A DNA stretch of 64,000 bases from Gemmatimonadaceae bacterium (GCA_051859245.1 JBHYGA010000005.1:384001-448000); one strand, 5' to 3'. Positions 10,621 through 21,485 are shown, counted from the first letter of the stretch. Notes: a model not told the origin generated them from the letters alone. A program made the numbers and translations.

Positions 10621-11148
10621 ATGAGCACCGATTCACGCTATCCCATTGGCAAGTTTTCCCGACCGCCGCACGTGTCAGCAGAGGAGCGACGCGCGCTCGT
10701 GCAGCGCATGCAGGCGCTTCCGGCGCGGTTGCGCAGTGCGGTGAACGGGCTCAGTGCCGAGCAGCTCGAGACACCGTACCGCGACGGAGGATGGACGATT
10801 CGGCAGGTCGTGCATCATATCGGCGACAGTCACGCGAACTGTCTGATGCGTTTCAAGCTCGGGCTCACAGAGCAGCGTCCGACGATTCGGCCGTACGAAG
10901 AGAACGACTGGGTGCGCACGCCAGACGCGCAGTCACTCACGCTGGATGACCTGCTGCAGTTTGTGGATGTCTTGCATGTCCGACTGCACGCGATTGTCTC
11001 TTCACTCGACGAGCACACCGGTGCGCGCACAATTGTGCATCCGGACAGCGGTGAGCAAACGCTTGATCAGCTGCTCGCGCTGTACGCATGGCATGGTGAT
11101 CACCACGTGGCGCACATCGCGAACGCGCGCACGCACCACGGATGGTGA
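10621..11148 (+). CDS. bstA: YfiT/BstA-type DinB-family bacillithiol transferase
   Basis: RYPIGKF, TPYRDGGWTIRQVVHH, YAWHGDHH. Confidence 0.85.
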   Translation: MSTDSRYPIGKFSRPPHVSAEERRALVQRMQALPARLRSAVNGLSAEQLETPYRDGGWTIRQVVHHIGDSHANCLMRFKLGLTEQRPTIRPYEENDWVRTPDAQSLTLDDLLQFVDVLHVRLHAIVSSLDEHTGARTIVHPDSGEQTLDQLLALYAWHGDHHVAHIANARTHHGW

Positions 11149-11193
11149 CTGGGCGGGCGATGTTCGTTCGCTCAACGCGCGCTGCCAGACGCG

Positions 11194-13224
11194 TTACGGC
11201 GTACCGGTTACGAACGTCGCCCGATTTCCTACCGCAGTGACACTGCCGGTGCGCGACACGCCGCCGGTCACGCCGAACAGATACGCCATGGTACCCGACT
11301 CGATCGTGCGCCAGCGATCGCCGTCGTAGCGCAACACGGTTCCGCTGTCGCCTACGGCGTAGACTTCGGTTGGACTGCGGCCCCAGATACCACGCAAATC
11401 ACGTGTGGTGGGAGACGGCATGGACGTCGCGCGTTGCCCATCCCATCGCAGCAACACACCACGATCTCCAATGACGAACACATCGTTTGCCGACGAGCCC
11501 CACACGCCGCGCAGAATCACCGATGTTGATGTGGGCTCAGGCTTCCATCGCTCACCGTCGTAACGCAGCAGGAGTCCGGTGTCGCCAACGGCGAAAACAT
11601 TGGAGCCGTCGGCACCCCACACCGCACGAAGGAAGCGTTGCGTACCACTGGGTTGCTGCAACCAGCCGTTACCAGACGAGCGTAGAATGCGACCGCCTTG
11701 TCCAACAATGACATGGTCGTTTTCGCCGAGCGTCCACACACTGCGCAACAGGATTGGCACGCGCTCACCTTCCACTCGCCACGAGGTGCCGTTGTAGCGC
11801 AAAATCGCACCCGTATCACCAACGGCCACGATGTCTGTTGGACCACTGCCGCTAATGCCGTACAGGTCGTTCACCTCCGGTACTTCGAGCCATTCAAAAC
11901 CGCTCGCTGTTTGGTGACCGACCGAACCACCGAGTCCAACAACAAACAGGGAACCGTTCGCAAATGCGGGTTGCCACGCGGACACCAGCACCGCGTCGAG
12001 CAGCTCCACGACCGGACGCGAACCGGCACGGTAGCTGAGCAGCGCATTGTACCAGCCCGCCATGCGAACGCCGCCCGGCTCTACGCTTGACGGTCCGACC
12101 GCGCGCAAGTTCTGACCTGATCCAATACCAATCGACTGCCACGTCGCGCCATCAAACTTCCAGAAGGCGCCGGCATTACCCGCGGCGTACACTTCGGTGC
12201 CCGAGCGTCCCCACACCGCGAACAGATTCGAACGATTCGGGGTGTTCATGGGGCGCCAGTCATCGCCGTCCCAGCGAATCACCGTTCCTTGTGTGCCCAC
12301 CGCAAATGCATCGGTGGGCGACGCGGACCAGACGCCGAGCAAGAGTTGTTGCGTGGGTGATTCGAAACGCTCCCAGAGCGTGCCGCGATTGCGCAGAATC
12401 ACGCCGTTGTTGCCCACAGCCCACAAGTCTGTGCGACTCGTGCCGTGCACCGACCAGATCTCTTCATTGGTTGGCGTGGCCTGCACGCTCCACAGTTGTC
12501 CATCCCAGCGCGCAAGAAATCCGCCGTCGCCGCTGGCGTACACTTCATTCGCCGAGAGACCCCATACACTCAGCAAGGTGCGTGGCATGATGGGGTCGAC
12601 CAGCTCCCACGTGGTGCCGTTGCCGCGCATGAGCAACCCACCAGAGCCGACCGCCCAGATTTCGGTGGGGCTCGCACCCCAGATGCTGACGATGATTTCT
12701 TCGGTCGGCACGGGCACGATCGTCCAGGCACCACCACCCACCGATTTCAGCATGGTACCGGCCGTACCGGCGGCCCAGGCGGTGCCGGCGCCGTCATCCC
12801 AGAGCGCGAGCAGCGAGGCGTCCGCGTTGCCTTGCCGGATCACTTCCCAGCGAGCGGCGCCGGGTGCGAGCGCGGTCACGCCTACGGTCATGGCTACGCG
12901 AATCCCATTTACCTCCACCGCAATGCGCGCAGCACCCTCAGCGATCGCGACCACTTCGCCACGCGCGTTCACCGTGGCCACAGCCGGTGCATCGCTTGAC
13001 CACTCGGGGCTGATCGTGCCGACTACCGGTGCGCCCGTGCTATCACGCACGTCAAGGGTGAGCTGGCGTGTTTGACCTGGCTGCAGGAATGTGGAGGCCG
13101 GCACGATGGCAACACTGGCCACCACTGGCGCGTCGGGCGGCGCCACCGGTGGAGCTTCATCGCACGAAATCAAAACCAGCATGGCCAGCGCGAGCGCGCC
13201 CGACCGAAGAAACGCAGACGTCAT
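11194..13224 (-). CDS. Lipoprotein with Ig-like domain and repeated beta-propeller blades
   Basis: Lipobox LISC; WSSDAPAVATV Ig motif; many ~40-aa repeats of VWG.S..DV.AVG..G.ILR.DG..W. Confidence 0.8.
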   Translation of the reverse strand: MTSAFLRSGALALAMLVLISCDEAPPVAPPDAPVVASVAIVPASTFLQPGQTRQLTLDVRDSTGAPVVGTISPEWSSDAPAVATVNARGEVVAIAEGAARIAVEVNGIRVAMTVGVTALAPGAARWEVIRQGNADASLLALWDDGAGTAWAAGTAGTMLKSVGGGAWTIVPVPTEEIIVSIWGASPTEIWAVGSGGLLMRGNGTTWELVDPIMPRTLLSVWGLSANEVYASGDGGFLARWDGQLWSVQATPTNEEIWSVHGTSRTDLWAVGNNGVILRNRGTLWERFESPTQQLLLGVWSASPTDAFAVGTQGTVIRWDGDDWRPMNTPNRSNLFAVWGRSGTEVYAAGNAGAFWKFDGATWQSIGIGSGQNLRAVGPSSVEPGGVRMAGWYNALLSYRAGSRPVVELLDAVLVSAWQPAFANGSLFVVGLGGSVGHQTASGFEWLEVPEVNDLYGISGSGPTDIVAVGDTGAILRYNGTSWRVEGERVPILLRSVWTLGENDHVIVGQGGRILRSSGNGWLQQPSGTQRFLRAVWGADGSNVFAVGDTGLLLRYDGERWKPEPTSTSVILRGVWGSSANDVFVIGDRGVLLRWDGQRATSMPSPTTRDLRGIWGRSPTEVYAVGDSGTVLRYDGDRWRTIESGTMAYLFGVTGGVSRTGSVTAVGNRATFVTGTP

Positions 13225-13383
13225 GCGTAGAGCCTATGGGGAGGACACGCGACAGGCAACCGCTTGCCGCTGGACACGTTGTTTCCTTAGTTACGCGCAC
13301 GACGACTGCCGCCGGTTTGCGCGCGCGGCACACGTTCTGATGGCAACGCTCGCCACCGCACTCACCTCGCCGGACCACGCGCC

Positions 13384-15384
13384 ATGCCTGTAATACCCTA
13401 CGAACGCTCGCTGTACTTCAGACTCGCCTCATCACGCGTTGTGCGAAATGTCACAGGCGCGTTCGCGGCCGTCATCGCTGTTGCGGGATCGTTGCTTTCG
13501 GCTCCCGTCGCGAACGCGCAAGCGGCGCGGCAGCCGGCGCCGCAAGCCGACGTGTTCCTCGTCTCGCTCACACGTTCGGCTGAGCGCTGGCGTGTTGGCG
13601 TGCCCGCCAACGTGACGCGGTACGCGGGTTACGACAATCAACCGTCGTTTGCGCCCGATGGACGGTCGCTTTTTTACACGCGTGCCGACGCGCAGGGGCG
13701 CAGCGATATCTGGCGCGCGGACTTTAATACGGGCCGGATCGCGCCGGTTCGCGAAACACCGGAGAGTGAGTACTCGGCGTTGCCCACAGCGAATGGCGAT
13801 GCGCTGACCGTTGTGCGTGTTGAACTGGACTCGGCGCAACGCTTGTGGCGCGTGCCGCTTGATGGCAGCGCCGCAACGGTGTTGGTGCCCGATGTGAAGC
13901 CGGTTGGGTACTTCGCGTTCCCCACCGACAGCACCATCGCCATGTTCGTGCTCGGTTCACCGGCCACACTGCAAACGGCCACGATTGGCGTGCCCGGTAC
14001 ACGTACGCACGCGCGCAACATCGGGCGTTCGCTGCACCGCATTCCCGGTACGCGCCACATCAGCTTTGTACAGAAAGGCGGCGAGCGCTGGTACATCATG
14101 CGTCTCGATCCTGAACGCGGCACACAGGATACCATCGTGGCAACGCGACCGCGCCGCGAAGACTACGCCTGGCTCGATTCCACAACACTCGTGATGGGCG
14201 ACGGGTCCGCGCTCTTCACGTACACGCTTGGTACGGCAGACTGGGTACCGCTTGGCGATTTCTCGTTCGCCAATATCTCGGACATCTCTCGACTGGCGGT
14301 TGCGCGGCCCGCGAACTCGCCGGCGGGTACGAGCGCCAATGCGCGTGCGCCGCAATGGTTGGCGGTCACGGCCGTGCAGCGTGTGCCCGCCGCGAACGCT
14401 GCCAGCGCTTCGGCCGCGCGGGAGCGTGTGGTGAGCGCGGCCGATATCAAGCGCGATATCTTCATCCTCGCTGCAGACTCCATGGAAGGGCGTGGTACCG
14501 GCACACCCGGCGGAGATCGCGCCGCGCGCTGGCTCGCCAATGAGTTTCAGCGTGCGGGTCTGCAACCGGCTGGTGATTCCGGGTCGTTCCTGCAGCGTGT
14601 GCCGCTCATGCGGGCGCCTGTGCTCACTCCCGGTGCGCCGGCGCGGTTACGACCTGTTGCGTCATGGGCGGCGTGGGATACACTCGCAGCCGATCAGCGG
14701 CTTTCGGCCGCCAATGTGGTTGGTGTGATTCCCGGCAGTGATCCGGCACGACGTGATGAAGTTGTGCTCGTGACCGCGCACTACGATCACACGGGCATCG
14801 GTCGCCCCGTGAATGGTGACTCCATCAACAACGGTGCCGACGATGATGCATCGGGCACGATCGGATTGCTTGAACTGGCGCGACACATGGCGCGCGGCGC
14901 CAAGCCTGCGCGTACGATTGTATTTGCCGCGGTGACCGGCGAAGAAGTTGGGTTGATTGGTACGCGCTGGTACGTGAACAACCCAGTCCGTCCCTTGGAC
15001 AAGACCATTGCCAATCTCAATCTCGAAATGATCGGACGCCCCGACTCGCTGACTGGTGGCGTGGGCACAGCGTGGCTTACTGGCTATGAACGCAGCACGT
15101 TTGGTGATCTGCTTGCGGCGGCGGGTGTGCCAATCGTACCCGATCCGCGTCCGGCGCAACGGTTCTTTGAGCGCAGTGACAACATCGATTTTGCGCGACG
15201 TGGCATTCCGGCGCATACCCTGTCCACGTTCAACTTGCACACCGACTACCACACAGTGAATGACAGCCCGGATCGCATTGATACCGAACACATGGCGCGC
15301 GTGATTGACGCGGCGCTTATTGCGCTGCGAACGCTGGCGAATCAGCCGGGCATCCCCACGTGGCATCCGGGTGGGCGCCCCTGA
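13384..15384 (+). CDS. M28 aminopeptidase fused to an N-terminal TolB/PD40-like propeller
   Basis: YDNQPSFAPDG at the N-terminus; AHYDH, GADDDASG, GEE, RSD and YH motifs at the C-terminus. Confidence 0.85.
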   Translation: MPVIPYERSLYFRLASSRVVRNVTGAFAAVIAVAGSLLSAPVANAQAARQPAPQADVFLVSLTRSAERWRVGVPANVTRYAGYDNQPSFAPDGRSLFYTRADAQGRSDIWRADFNTGRIAPVRETPESEYSALPTANGDALTVVRVELDSAQRLWRVPLDGSAATVLVPDVKPVGYFAFPTDSTIAMFVLGSPATLQTATIGVPGTRTHARNIGRSLHRIPGTRHISFVQKGGERWYIMRLDPERGTQDTIVATRPRREDYAWLDSTTLVMGDGSALFTYTLGTADWVPLGDFSFANISDISRLAVARPANSPAGTSANARAPQWLAVTAVQRVPAANAASASAARERVVSAADIKRDIFILAADSMEGRGTGTPGGDRAARWLANEFQRAGLQPAGDSGSFLQRVPLMRAPVLTPGAPARLRPVASWAAWDTLAADQRLSAANVVGVIPGSDPARRDEVVLVTAHYDHTGIGRPVNGDSINNGADDDASGTIGLLELARHMARGAKPARTIVFAAVTGEEVGLIGTRWYVNNPVRPLDKTIANLNLEMIGRPDSLTGGVGTAWLTGYERSTFGDLLAAAGVPIVPDPRPAQRFFERSDNIDFARRGIPAHTLSTFNLHTDYHTVNDSPDRIDTEHMARVIDAALIALRTLANQPGIPTWHPGGRP

Positions 15385-15424
15385 TCCGTTCGTGTTCGCG
15401 TGTGTGCTCATTTGAGAACGCGGC

Positions 15425-15466
15425 AAAAAAAGCGAGGCGCCATGACGGATTGTCATGGCGCCTCGT
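15425..15466 (-). terminator. Intrinsic terminator between convergent genes
   Basis: GCGAGGCGCCATGAC/GTCATGGCGCCTCGT stem with an A7 run, read as a U-tract on the minus strand. Confidence 0.8.
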
Positions 15467-15486
15467 TCACATCTGTGCGGCAAGGA

Positions 15487-16248
15487 TTACGGCTTGACGA
15501 GCGCCTTCACGGCCGGCGGCAGGGCAAACGCTTCATCCTTCACGGCGTTGAACGTGATGTCGCTGAAGGTCATCGTGATGTCGTTACCCGCCTGTGACTG
15601 CGCCATCTTGGTGGGCATCTTCACCGGACCGAACTGCTTGTAGTCCGACATGACCGCGTTGATTTCGATTTCACCCATTGGAGACACGGCGGTGCTCTGC
15701 GTGCCAATGCGGAAACCGTTCGCCACGGAGAAATACTCAAAGCTCGGACGACCAACCTTCCGCACCATCTTCACTTTGTACGCGTCTTCACCGGCGAACT
15801 GCGTTTTCTCAACCACTTCGATGCTGGTGAAGTTTGCGGCGTCGAACACGCCGAATGATTCACCAAAGCCCGACTGCGCCTTGCGTGTGGCGAGTTCTTC
15901 GCCTTCTGCCAAACGCGGACCCTGCATTGGGTTGTTCTCCCAGCCAATCTCACCGTTGAAGCCCTGCTGGATTTCGCCAAGGCCCGGAATCGTCATGGTC
16001 ATGGCCATCTTGTTCGGACGTGCCAGTGACAGCGACAGCTCCGCGGAGATGCCCATGGCCGCCAGTTCAAGCTGGCCCTTCTGCTGCACGGACGTGAGCG
16101 CCGAAATCGCGGCCGCTCCGCCGATGGCCTGCACGTGACGATCGATCACTTCTTTGGCTGACGGGAGCGCCTGCGCGCCGACCGCCGCAGGAAGCGTGAT
16201 CGAGGTCACCGTAAATGCGGCGACAAGTGCGCGCGTGAGTTGCTTCAT
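15487..16248 (-). CDS. Secreted LolA-like / lipoprotein-sorting-fold hypothetical protein
   Basis: Signal peptide MKQLTRAL; AIGG...DYKQFGPVKMP...F.LP C-terminus. Confidence 0.7.
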   Translation of the reverse strand: MKQLTRALVAAFTVTSITLPAAVGAQALPSAKEVIDRHVQAIGGAAAISALTSVQQKGQLELAAMGISAELSLSLARPNKMAMTMTIPGLGEIQQGFNGEIGWENNPMQGPRLAEGEELATRKAQSGFGESFGVFDAANFTSIEVVEKTQFAGEDAYKVKMVRKVGRPSFEYFSVANGFRIGTQSTAVSPMGEIEINAVMSDYKQFGPVKMPTKMAQSQAGNDITMTFSDITFNAVKDEAFALPPAVKALVKP

Positions 16249-16348
16249 GAATGCTGCTCCTGGAGAATGGTCGACGCGCCAGCTGAATCGCTGACGCGCG
16301 TGAACGGTGTGCCGGTCGTGCCACACCGAATTCGTGAACATATCTACA

Positions 16349-17761
16349 CTACGGCGTGATGCGTGGTCCGGTTACACGCGGCGGTTTCGGTGCCGTCGCG
16401 GCCCAGCGAAGCGCCGCGTCAAGCGCCGGATCGCCGCCACGCAGAAACGCATCGCGGGTGAGACTGATACTCTCGTCGGGCGTCACACCGCCGCCTTCCG
16501 CGCGTCCGCCACCCGGTGAGAGAAAATCGGCGATGGCGTGATACAGGATGTCGCCGTTCGGCAATCGCTCAGCCACGGCCGGCAACGCCTGCCCAGCCGT
16601 TCGGCTGCCAACGATTCGTGCGCGGCCAAGTGACTGCAGGCCGCCCGCGAAAATTTCACTCGTGCTCACCGAGAGCTCGTCAACCACGATGGCCATCGGT
16701 CCATCAAAGGGCGAGACGCGCTCGTTCGCCGTGTTCACACGACGCGGATTGATCGCAAACTTCACGTCTTGTGCACGTGTTTTCATGATGCCAACAGGGA
16801 TCACCGTATCAACGAAGTGGCCGGCAAAGCCCATCGACATGCCCGCAACGCCGCCAAAGTTGCCGCGGATATCGAGAATGATGGCATCGCTGCTGCGCAA
16901 CGAATCCATGGCCACATCAAACTCACGCGCGAGCACGGGCATCCAGATATTGAAGCGAATGATGCCGATAGTTTTGCCGCTTTCGGTGCGACGCTCCCAA
17001 TCCAGGTTCGACATCATGGCGGGAAGATTCCCGAACTTCACACTCGTGCCCGGCACCGCAACGCGCGTCATGCTGAGTGTCTGTTCACGCTGCGCACCGT
17101 CTACAAACGTTGCGGATGCCGCAGTGCCCGGCGCACCGCGCAACGCACCATCCGCCTGACTGAAGGCAGCGAGGGCAACTCGTCGCGGATCGAGGTCGAG
17201 CGGAACGCGGCGGAATCGCGCTTCAATGGAGTCACTCCCGATCCGGCGAATCAACCAACCCGGTCGCACACCGGCCGCGAACGCCGGACCGCTGCTGTCA
17301 ACGTGTGTGACCACAAGCTGAGAGTTCAACCAGCGTACGGTGAGACCAACGTGTCCTTCGCGCGATGATTGCGCATTCGTTGACGCGCTCTCGACCACGT
17401 CACTGACTTCCTGCGGAATAATTGAAAAGTGCGATTGTTTGAGTGCGCCCACCATTTGCTGCAGCACACTGCGGAGTTCCGCACGCGTCTTCGCAGCCTC
17501 CGCACGCGGGCGGAGCGAATCGCGCAGCGCGCGCCAGTTCACGCCGTTGTAGGTGGTGTCCCAATGCGTCCGGGCAATGATCGTCCAGGCCGAATCAAAG
17601 GTCGGAAGCGCCAGCGTCGCCGGTGGCTCGGGCGCGCTGGGCGGAACGTTTTCGCGAGCCGGCTCTGGCCGCGTTTCCGGGGCCGGGGTTGACCGGCAGG
17701 CCGAGAACGTGGCAGCGGCACAGAGAAACGTCAGAACGGCGCGGGATGGCAGCAGGGTCAC
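16349..17761 (-). CDS. S41 family (tail-specific) peptidase with PDZ domain, lipoprotein
   Basis: Lipobox FSAC; DIRGNFGG, SVSTSEIFAG, GGGVTPD. Confidence 0.85.
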   Translation of the reverse strand: MTLLPSRAVLTFLCAAATFSACRSTPAPETRPEPARENVPPSAPEPPATLALPTFDSAWTIIARTHWDTTYNGVNWRALRDSLRPRAEAAKTRAELRSVLQQMVGALKQSHFSIIPQEVSDVVESASTNAQSSREGHVGLTVRWLNSQLVVTHVDSSGPAFAAGVRPGWLIRRIGSDSIEARFRRVPLDLDPRRVALAAFSQADGALRGAPGTAASATFVDGAQREQTLSMTRVAVPGTSVKFGNLPAMMSNLDWERRTESGKTIGIIRFNIWMPVLAREFDVAMDSLRSSDAIILDIRGNFGGVAGMSMGFAGHFVDTVIPVGIMKTRAQDVKFAINPRRVNTANERVSPFDGPMAIVVDELSVSTSEIFAGGLQSLGRARIVGSRTAGQALPAVAERLPNGDILYHAIADFLSPGGGRAEGGGVTPDESISLTRDAFLRGGDPALDAALRWAATAPKPPRVTGPRITP

Positions 17762-18024
17762 GGGCGGCGGGGTTGGGACGGCAATCGTTCGGCGGGCGTG
17801 CGCGGTTCAGCGGCCGGTCGCAGACGGGTCACAGCCGGGCGAAGCCCTCGCGACCGGTCGCGGCGGTACATTACCATGCATCAGGACGACGGAGGTCACC
17901 CGGAGGTTCCATCAGTCGGGCAGATTTTGCCCCGACGGAACGTACGGCTGGCTGGTTCACAATAGTTCCCCTGACGCGACGCGACTGGCGCGGCGCGACG
18001 ATTCATAGCAGACACGCCCCTCTC

Positions 18025-19164
18025 ATGACCACTCGTTTGCACGCGTTACGTGACGCTGGCACCGCGCCCTGGCTCGACTACATCGAGCGTTCCATGCTGT
18101 CCTCTGGTGAGTTGGCGCGACGGATTCGCGACGACGCCCTCATGGGCATGACGTCAAATCCGACCATTTTTGAGAAGGCGCTCGCTGATGGGTCGGTGTA
18201 CGACGCCGAGCTCGCGTCGTTTCCGGCGGACTGGACGGACCGCGCCTGTTTTGAACAGCTCGCCACAACCGACGTGCAAGCCGCCTGCGACGCATTCGAA
18301 GGCGTGTATACGTACACCAACGGCGGCGACGGGTACGTCTCGCTGGAGGTTGGTCCGGACCTGGCGCACGACGCGGCGGGAACCGTGGCGGAAGCGCATC
18401 GCCTCTGGAAGGCGGTGAATCGCCCGAATCTCATGATCAAGGTGCCGGGCACCGAGGCCGGCGCGGAAGCAGTGAAAACGTTGATTGCCGATGGTCTCAA
18501 TGTGAACGTGACGCTGCTCTTCAGCACGGCCGCTCATGCGCGCGTGATTGACGCGTATCTGGATGGGCTTGAGGCGCGACATGCGGCTGGACACAGCATC
18601 GATCGCATCGCCTCGGTGGCCAGCTTTTTTGTGAGCCGCGTGGATGCCGCCATCGATGCAACGCTCGCGAAGCGAGCCGCCGCCGCAGAGCCGTCGCAGC
18701 GCGCCGCGATTGAAGCGTTGCTGGGCAAAGCGGCGATCGCCAACGCCAAGCAGGCGTATCGGCTGTTTGCGGAGCGTTTTAGCGGCGCGCGTTGGGAAGC
18801 GCTCGCAGCCAACGGCGCGCGCGTGCAGCGTCCGCTGTGGGCGAGCACGAGCACAAAAAATCCGGCCTATCGTGATGTGCTGTATGTGGAAGCGCTGATT
18901 GGTCCGGACTCAGTGAACACGCTGCCGCCGGCCACGCTCGAGGCATTTCGTGATCACGGCGAAACGGCTCGTACCGTCGACACGGGGCTTGACGAGGCCG
19001 ACGCGCAGATCGCGGCGCTTTCGGCCATGGGTGTCGATCTGACCGCCGTGACGGATCAACTGCTGGCCGAAGGGCTCGCGTCGTTTGCCAAGTCGTTTGA
19101 AACGTTGCTGGCGGGGCTCGCGCAGAAGCGAGCCGCACTCTCCGCGTCGGGGGCAACCGTATGA
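18025..19164 (+). CDS. tal: Transaldolase
   Basis: GMTSNPTIF, NLMIKVP, SVASFFVSRVD, RPLWASTSTKNP. Confidence 0.95.
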   Translation: MTTRLHALRDAGTAPWLDYIERSMLSSGELARRIRDDALMGMTSNPTIFEKALADGSVYDAELASFPADWTDRACFEQLATTDVQAACDAFEGVYTYTNGGDGYVSLEVGPDLAHDAAGTVAEAHRLWKAVNRPNLMIKVPGTEAGAEAVKTLIADGLNVNVTLLFSTAAHARVIDAYLDGLEARHAAGHSIDRIASVASFFVSRVDAAIDATLAKRAAAAEPSQRAAIEALLGKAAIANAKQAYRLFAERFSGARWEALAANGARVQRPLWASTSTKNPAYRDVLYVEALIGPDSVNTLPPATLEAFRDHGETARTVDTGLDEADAQIAALSAMGVDLTAVTDQLLAEGLASFAKSFETLLAGLAQKRAALSASGATV

Positions 19165-20663
19165 TGGACGACGTGATCAACATTGAACGCACGGGGCCGG
19201 AAACGGCCACGCGTGCCGCCGCTGACACCACCACGAGGTCGGTGTCGAACAAGCGCCGGATTTTTCCGCGCACCAAGATTGTGTGCACGCTCGGCCCGAG
19301 CAGCAATACGCCGGACAGGATTCGTGAACTGATTCAGTCCGGGCTCGATGTGGCGCGCATCAACTTCTCGCATGGTACGCACGAAGCGCACGCTCGCACG
19401 ATCAGCGACGTGCGTCGTGTGGCGGCGGAACTTGGTCGTGCGGTGGCGATTCTTGGCGATCTGCAGGGACCACGCATTCGCATTGGTGTGCTGCCGGAAC
19501 CGATCGAGTTGATTGAAGATGAAATGATCGTGCTGGCGCCAGACACGCACGCAGCAGCCGGACAAATTCCCGTCACGTACCACCTGCTCGCGCAGGACGT
19601 GTCGCCCGGCAAGCGCATTCTCATCAACGACGGCCTGATCGAAGTGGCCGTCACGGCTATTGATGGCGACGCCGTGCACTGTCGTGTGTTGCACGGCGGA
19701 CGGCTGAGCAGCAACAAGGGCATGAACTTGCCCGGTGTGCACGTCTCGGCGCCTTCGCTCACGGAAAAGGATCGCGCCGATCTGGTGTTTGCGGTGGAGC
19801 ATGATCTTGACGCGGTCGCGCTCAGTTTTGTGCGCGTTGCGGCAGATATTCAGGAGCTGCGTGCGCTTGTGCCCGCGCACATGATGCTCGTCGCAAAAAT
19901 TGAAAAAGACGTCGCGCTGCAGAACATTGAAGAGATTCTCGCCGCATCTGACGCCGTCATGGTGGCGCGCGGAGATCTCGGTGTGGAGCTGCCGTTTGAG
20001 GAAGTGCCGATCGCGCAAAAGCGCATCATTGCGTTGGCCAATCGCATGGGTCGGCCCGTGATCACGGCAACGCAGATGTTGGAGTCCATGATCACGCATC
20101 CGCGCCCCACACGCGCCGAAGCAAGTGACGTGGCCAACGCGATTCTCGATGGGACGGATGCGGTCATGTTGTCGGCGGAAACAGCAGCCGGTCAGTATCC
20201 ACGGCTCGCGGTTGAAGCGATGCGTCGCATTATTCTGGAAATTGAGTCCAGCCCGCGTCCGCCGTACGCGCAGCGCATTGAGCATCGATCGGAGGGTGCG
20301 GTGAACACCGAGGCCGCGATTGCTGCGGCGACCACCGCGGCGGTGCGCATGTTGCAGGCACCTTTGGTGGTGGTGTTTACGAAGAGTGGATTCAGCGCGC
20401 GTATTGTGTCGTCGCATCGTCCGTCGGTGCCGATTCTTGCGCTGACCGATGAACCGCGTGTGTGTCGTCAGTTGTCGCTGGTGTGGGGCGTGATCCCGCG
20501 CCTCGTGCCAACGGCGCGTGGCTACGATCACATGGTGGCCATGGCGATGCGCGACGCGACCGACTTGAATCTTGTCATTCCTGGCGACCGAGTGGTGGTC
20601 ACCGCCGGTGCGCCTTTCGACGTGCCAGGTACGACCAACTTGCTCAAGGTCGAGGTGGTGTGA
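19161..20663 (+). CDS. pyk: Pyruvate kinase
   Basis: TKIVCTLGP, ARINFSHG, AKIE, MVARGDLGVE, ATQMLESM. Confidence 0.97.
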   Translation: MMDDVINIERTGPETATRAAADTTTRSVSNKRRIFPRTKIVCTLGPSSNTPDRIRELIQSGLDVARINFSHGTHEAHARTISDVRRVAAELGRAVAILGDLQGPRIRIGVLPEPIELIEDEMIVLAPDTHAAAGQIPVTYHLLAQDVSPGKRILINDGLIEVAVTAIDGDAVHCRVLHGGRLSSNKGMNLPGVHVSAPSLTEKDRADLVFAVEHDLDAVALSFVRVAADIQELRALVPAHMMLVAKIEKDVALQNIEEILAASDAVMVARGDLGVELPFEEVPIAQKRIIALANRMGRPVITATQMLESMITHPRPTRAEASDVANAILDGTDAVMLSAETAAGQYPRLAVEAMRRIILEIESSPRPPYAQRIEHRSEGAVNTEAAIAAATTAAVRMLQAPLVVVFTKSGFSARIVSSHRPSVPILALTDEPRVCRQLSLVWGVIPRLVPTARGYDHMVAMAMRDATDLNLVIPGDRVVVTAGAPFDVPGTTNLLKVEVV

Positions 20664-20676
20664 TCGCGAGGCGGGC

Positions 20677-21459
20677 GTGATTGTCACGCTCCTTGGTACC
20701 GGTACGAGTTTTGGCGTGCCGCAAATTGGGTGCACATGTCGCGTGTGTCGCAGTACCGATGCACGCGACAAGCGCACACGGTGCGCGGCATTTGTACAAA
20801 CGTCTCGCGGTACGCGACTGCTGATCGATACGCCGCCTGAACTGCGCTTGCAGCTCGTGGCGGCGGAAATCGATGGTGCCGACGCGGTGCTCTATACGCA
20901 TGAGCACGCCGACCATATTCATGGTATCGATGACCTGCGCGCGCTCAGCGTGCGGCATCGCGGCGCGCTTCCGCTCTACGGGTCGGCGGACACACTGCAG
21001 ACCATTGCGGCGCGATTCCCGTACGTGGTGGATCCAAGTATGCGACCGCTGCCGGGAACAACCAAGCCGGAAGGCACGCTGCACGAAGTCACGCCCGGCG
21101 TGGAGTTCTCCGTGGGTGATGCGCGAGTGCTGCCGCTCGCCGTTCCGCACGGCCGCTCCACCGTGCTGGCGTATCGGATCGGGCGTTTCGGGTACGTGAC
21201 TGATGCAAAAACCGTATCGGACGACGTCATCGATGCGTTGCGTGGTGTGAATGTGCTGGTGTTGAACGCGCTGTTTCGCACGCCACACCCTACGCATCTC
21301 TCGATCCCTGAAGCCATCGACGTGGCACGACGCGTCGGCGCGCCGCGCACGTTGTTCACGCATTTGACGCACGATCATCTGCACGCCGAGTTGTTGGCGG
21401 AACTGCCAGAAGGCATTGCGCCCGCGTACGACGGGCTCACGCTCACCATACCCGATTAA
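20677..21459 (+). CDS. MBL-fold metallo-hydrolase (PhnP-like)
   Basis: LGTGTSFGVP..GCxCxxC, THEHADHIHG, AYDG. Confidence 0.9.
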   Translation: MIVTLLGTGTSFGVPQIGCTCRVCRSTDARDKRTRCAAFVQTSRGTRLLIDTPPELRLQLVAAEIDGADAVLYTHEHADHIHGIDDLRALSVRHRGALPLYGSADTLQTIAARFPYVVDPSMRPLPGTTKPEGTLHEVTPGVEFSVGDARVLPLAVPHGRSTVLAYRIGRFGYVTDAKTVSDDVIDALRGVNVLVLNALFRTPHPTHLSIPEAIDVARRVGAPRTLFTHLTHDHLHAELLAELPEGIAPAYDGLTLTIPD

Positions 21460-21485
21460 GTCTCACGCTTTTTCCGTATCCCGCC

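Noticed and set aside
19056..20777. Long antisense and alternate-frame ORFs (e.g. 19056-20777, 24442-25842, 31266-32528, 53822-55378)
   Set aside because: Shadow ORFs of real genes, expected in high-GC DNA.
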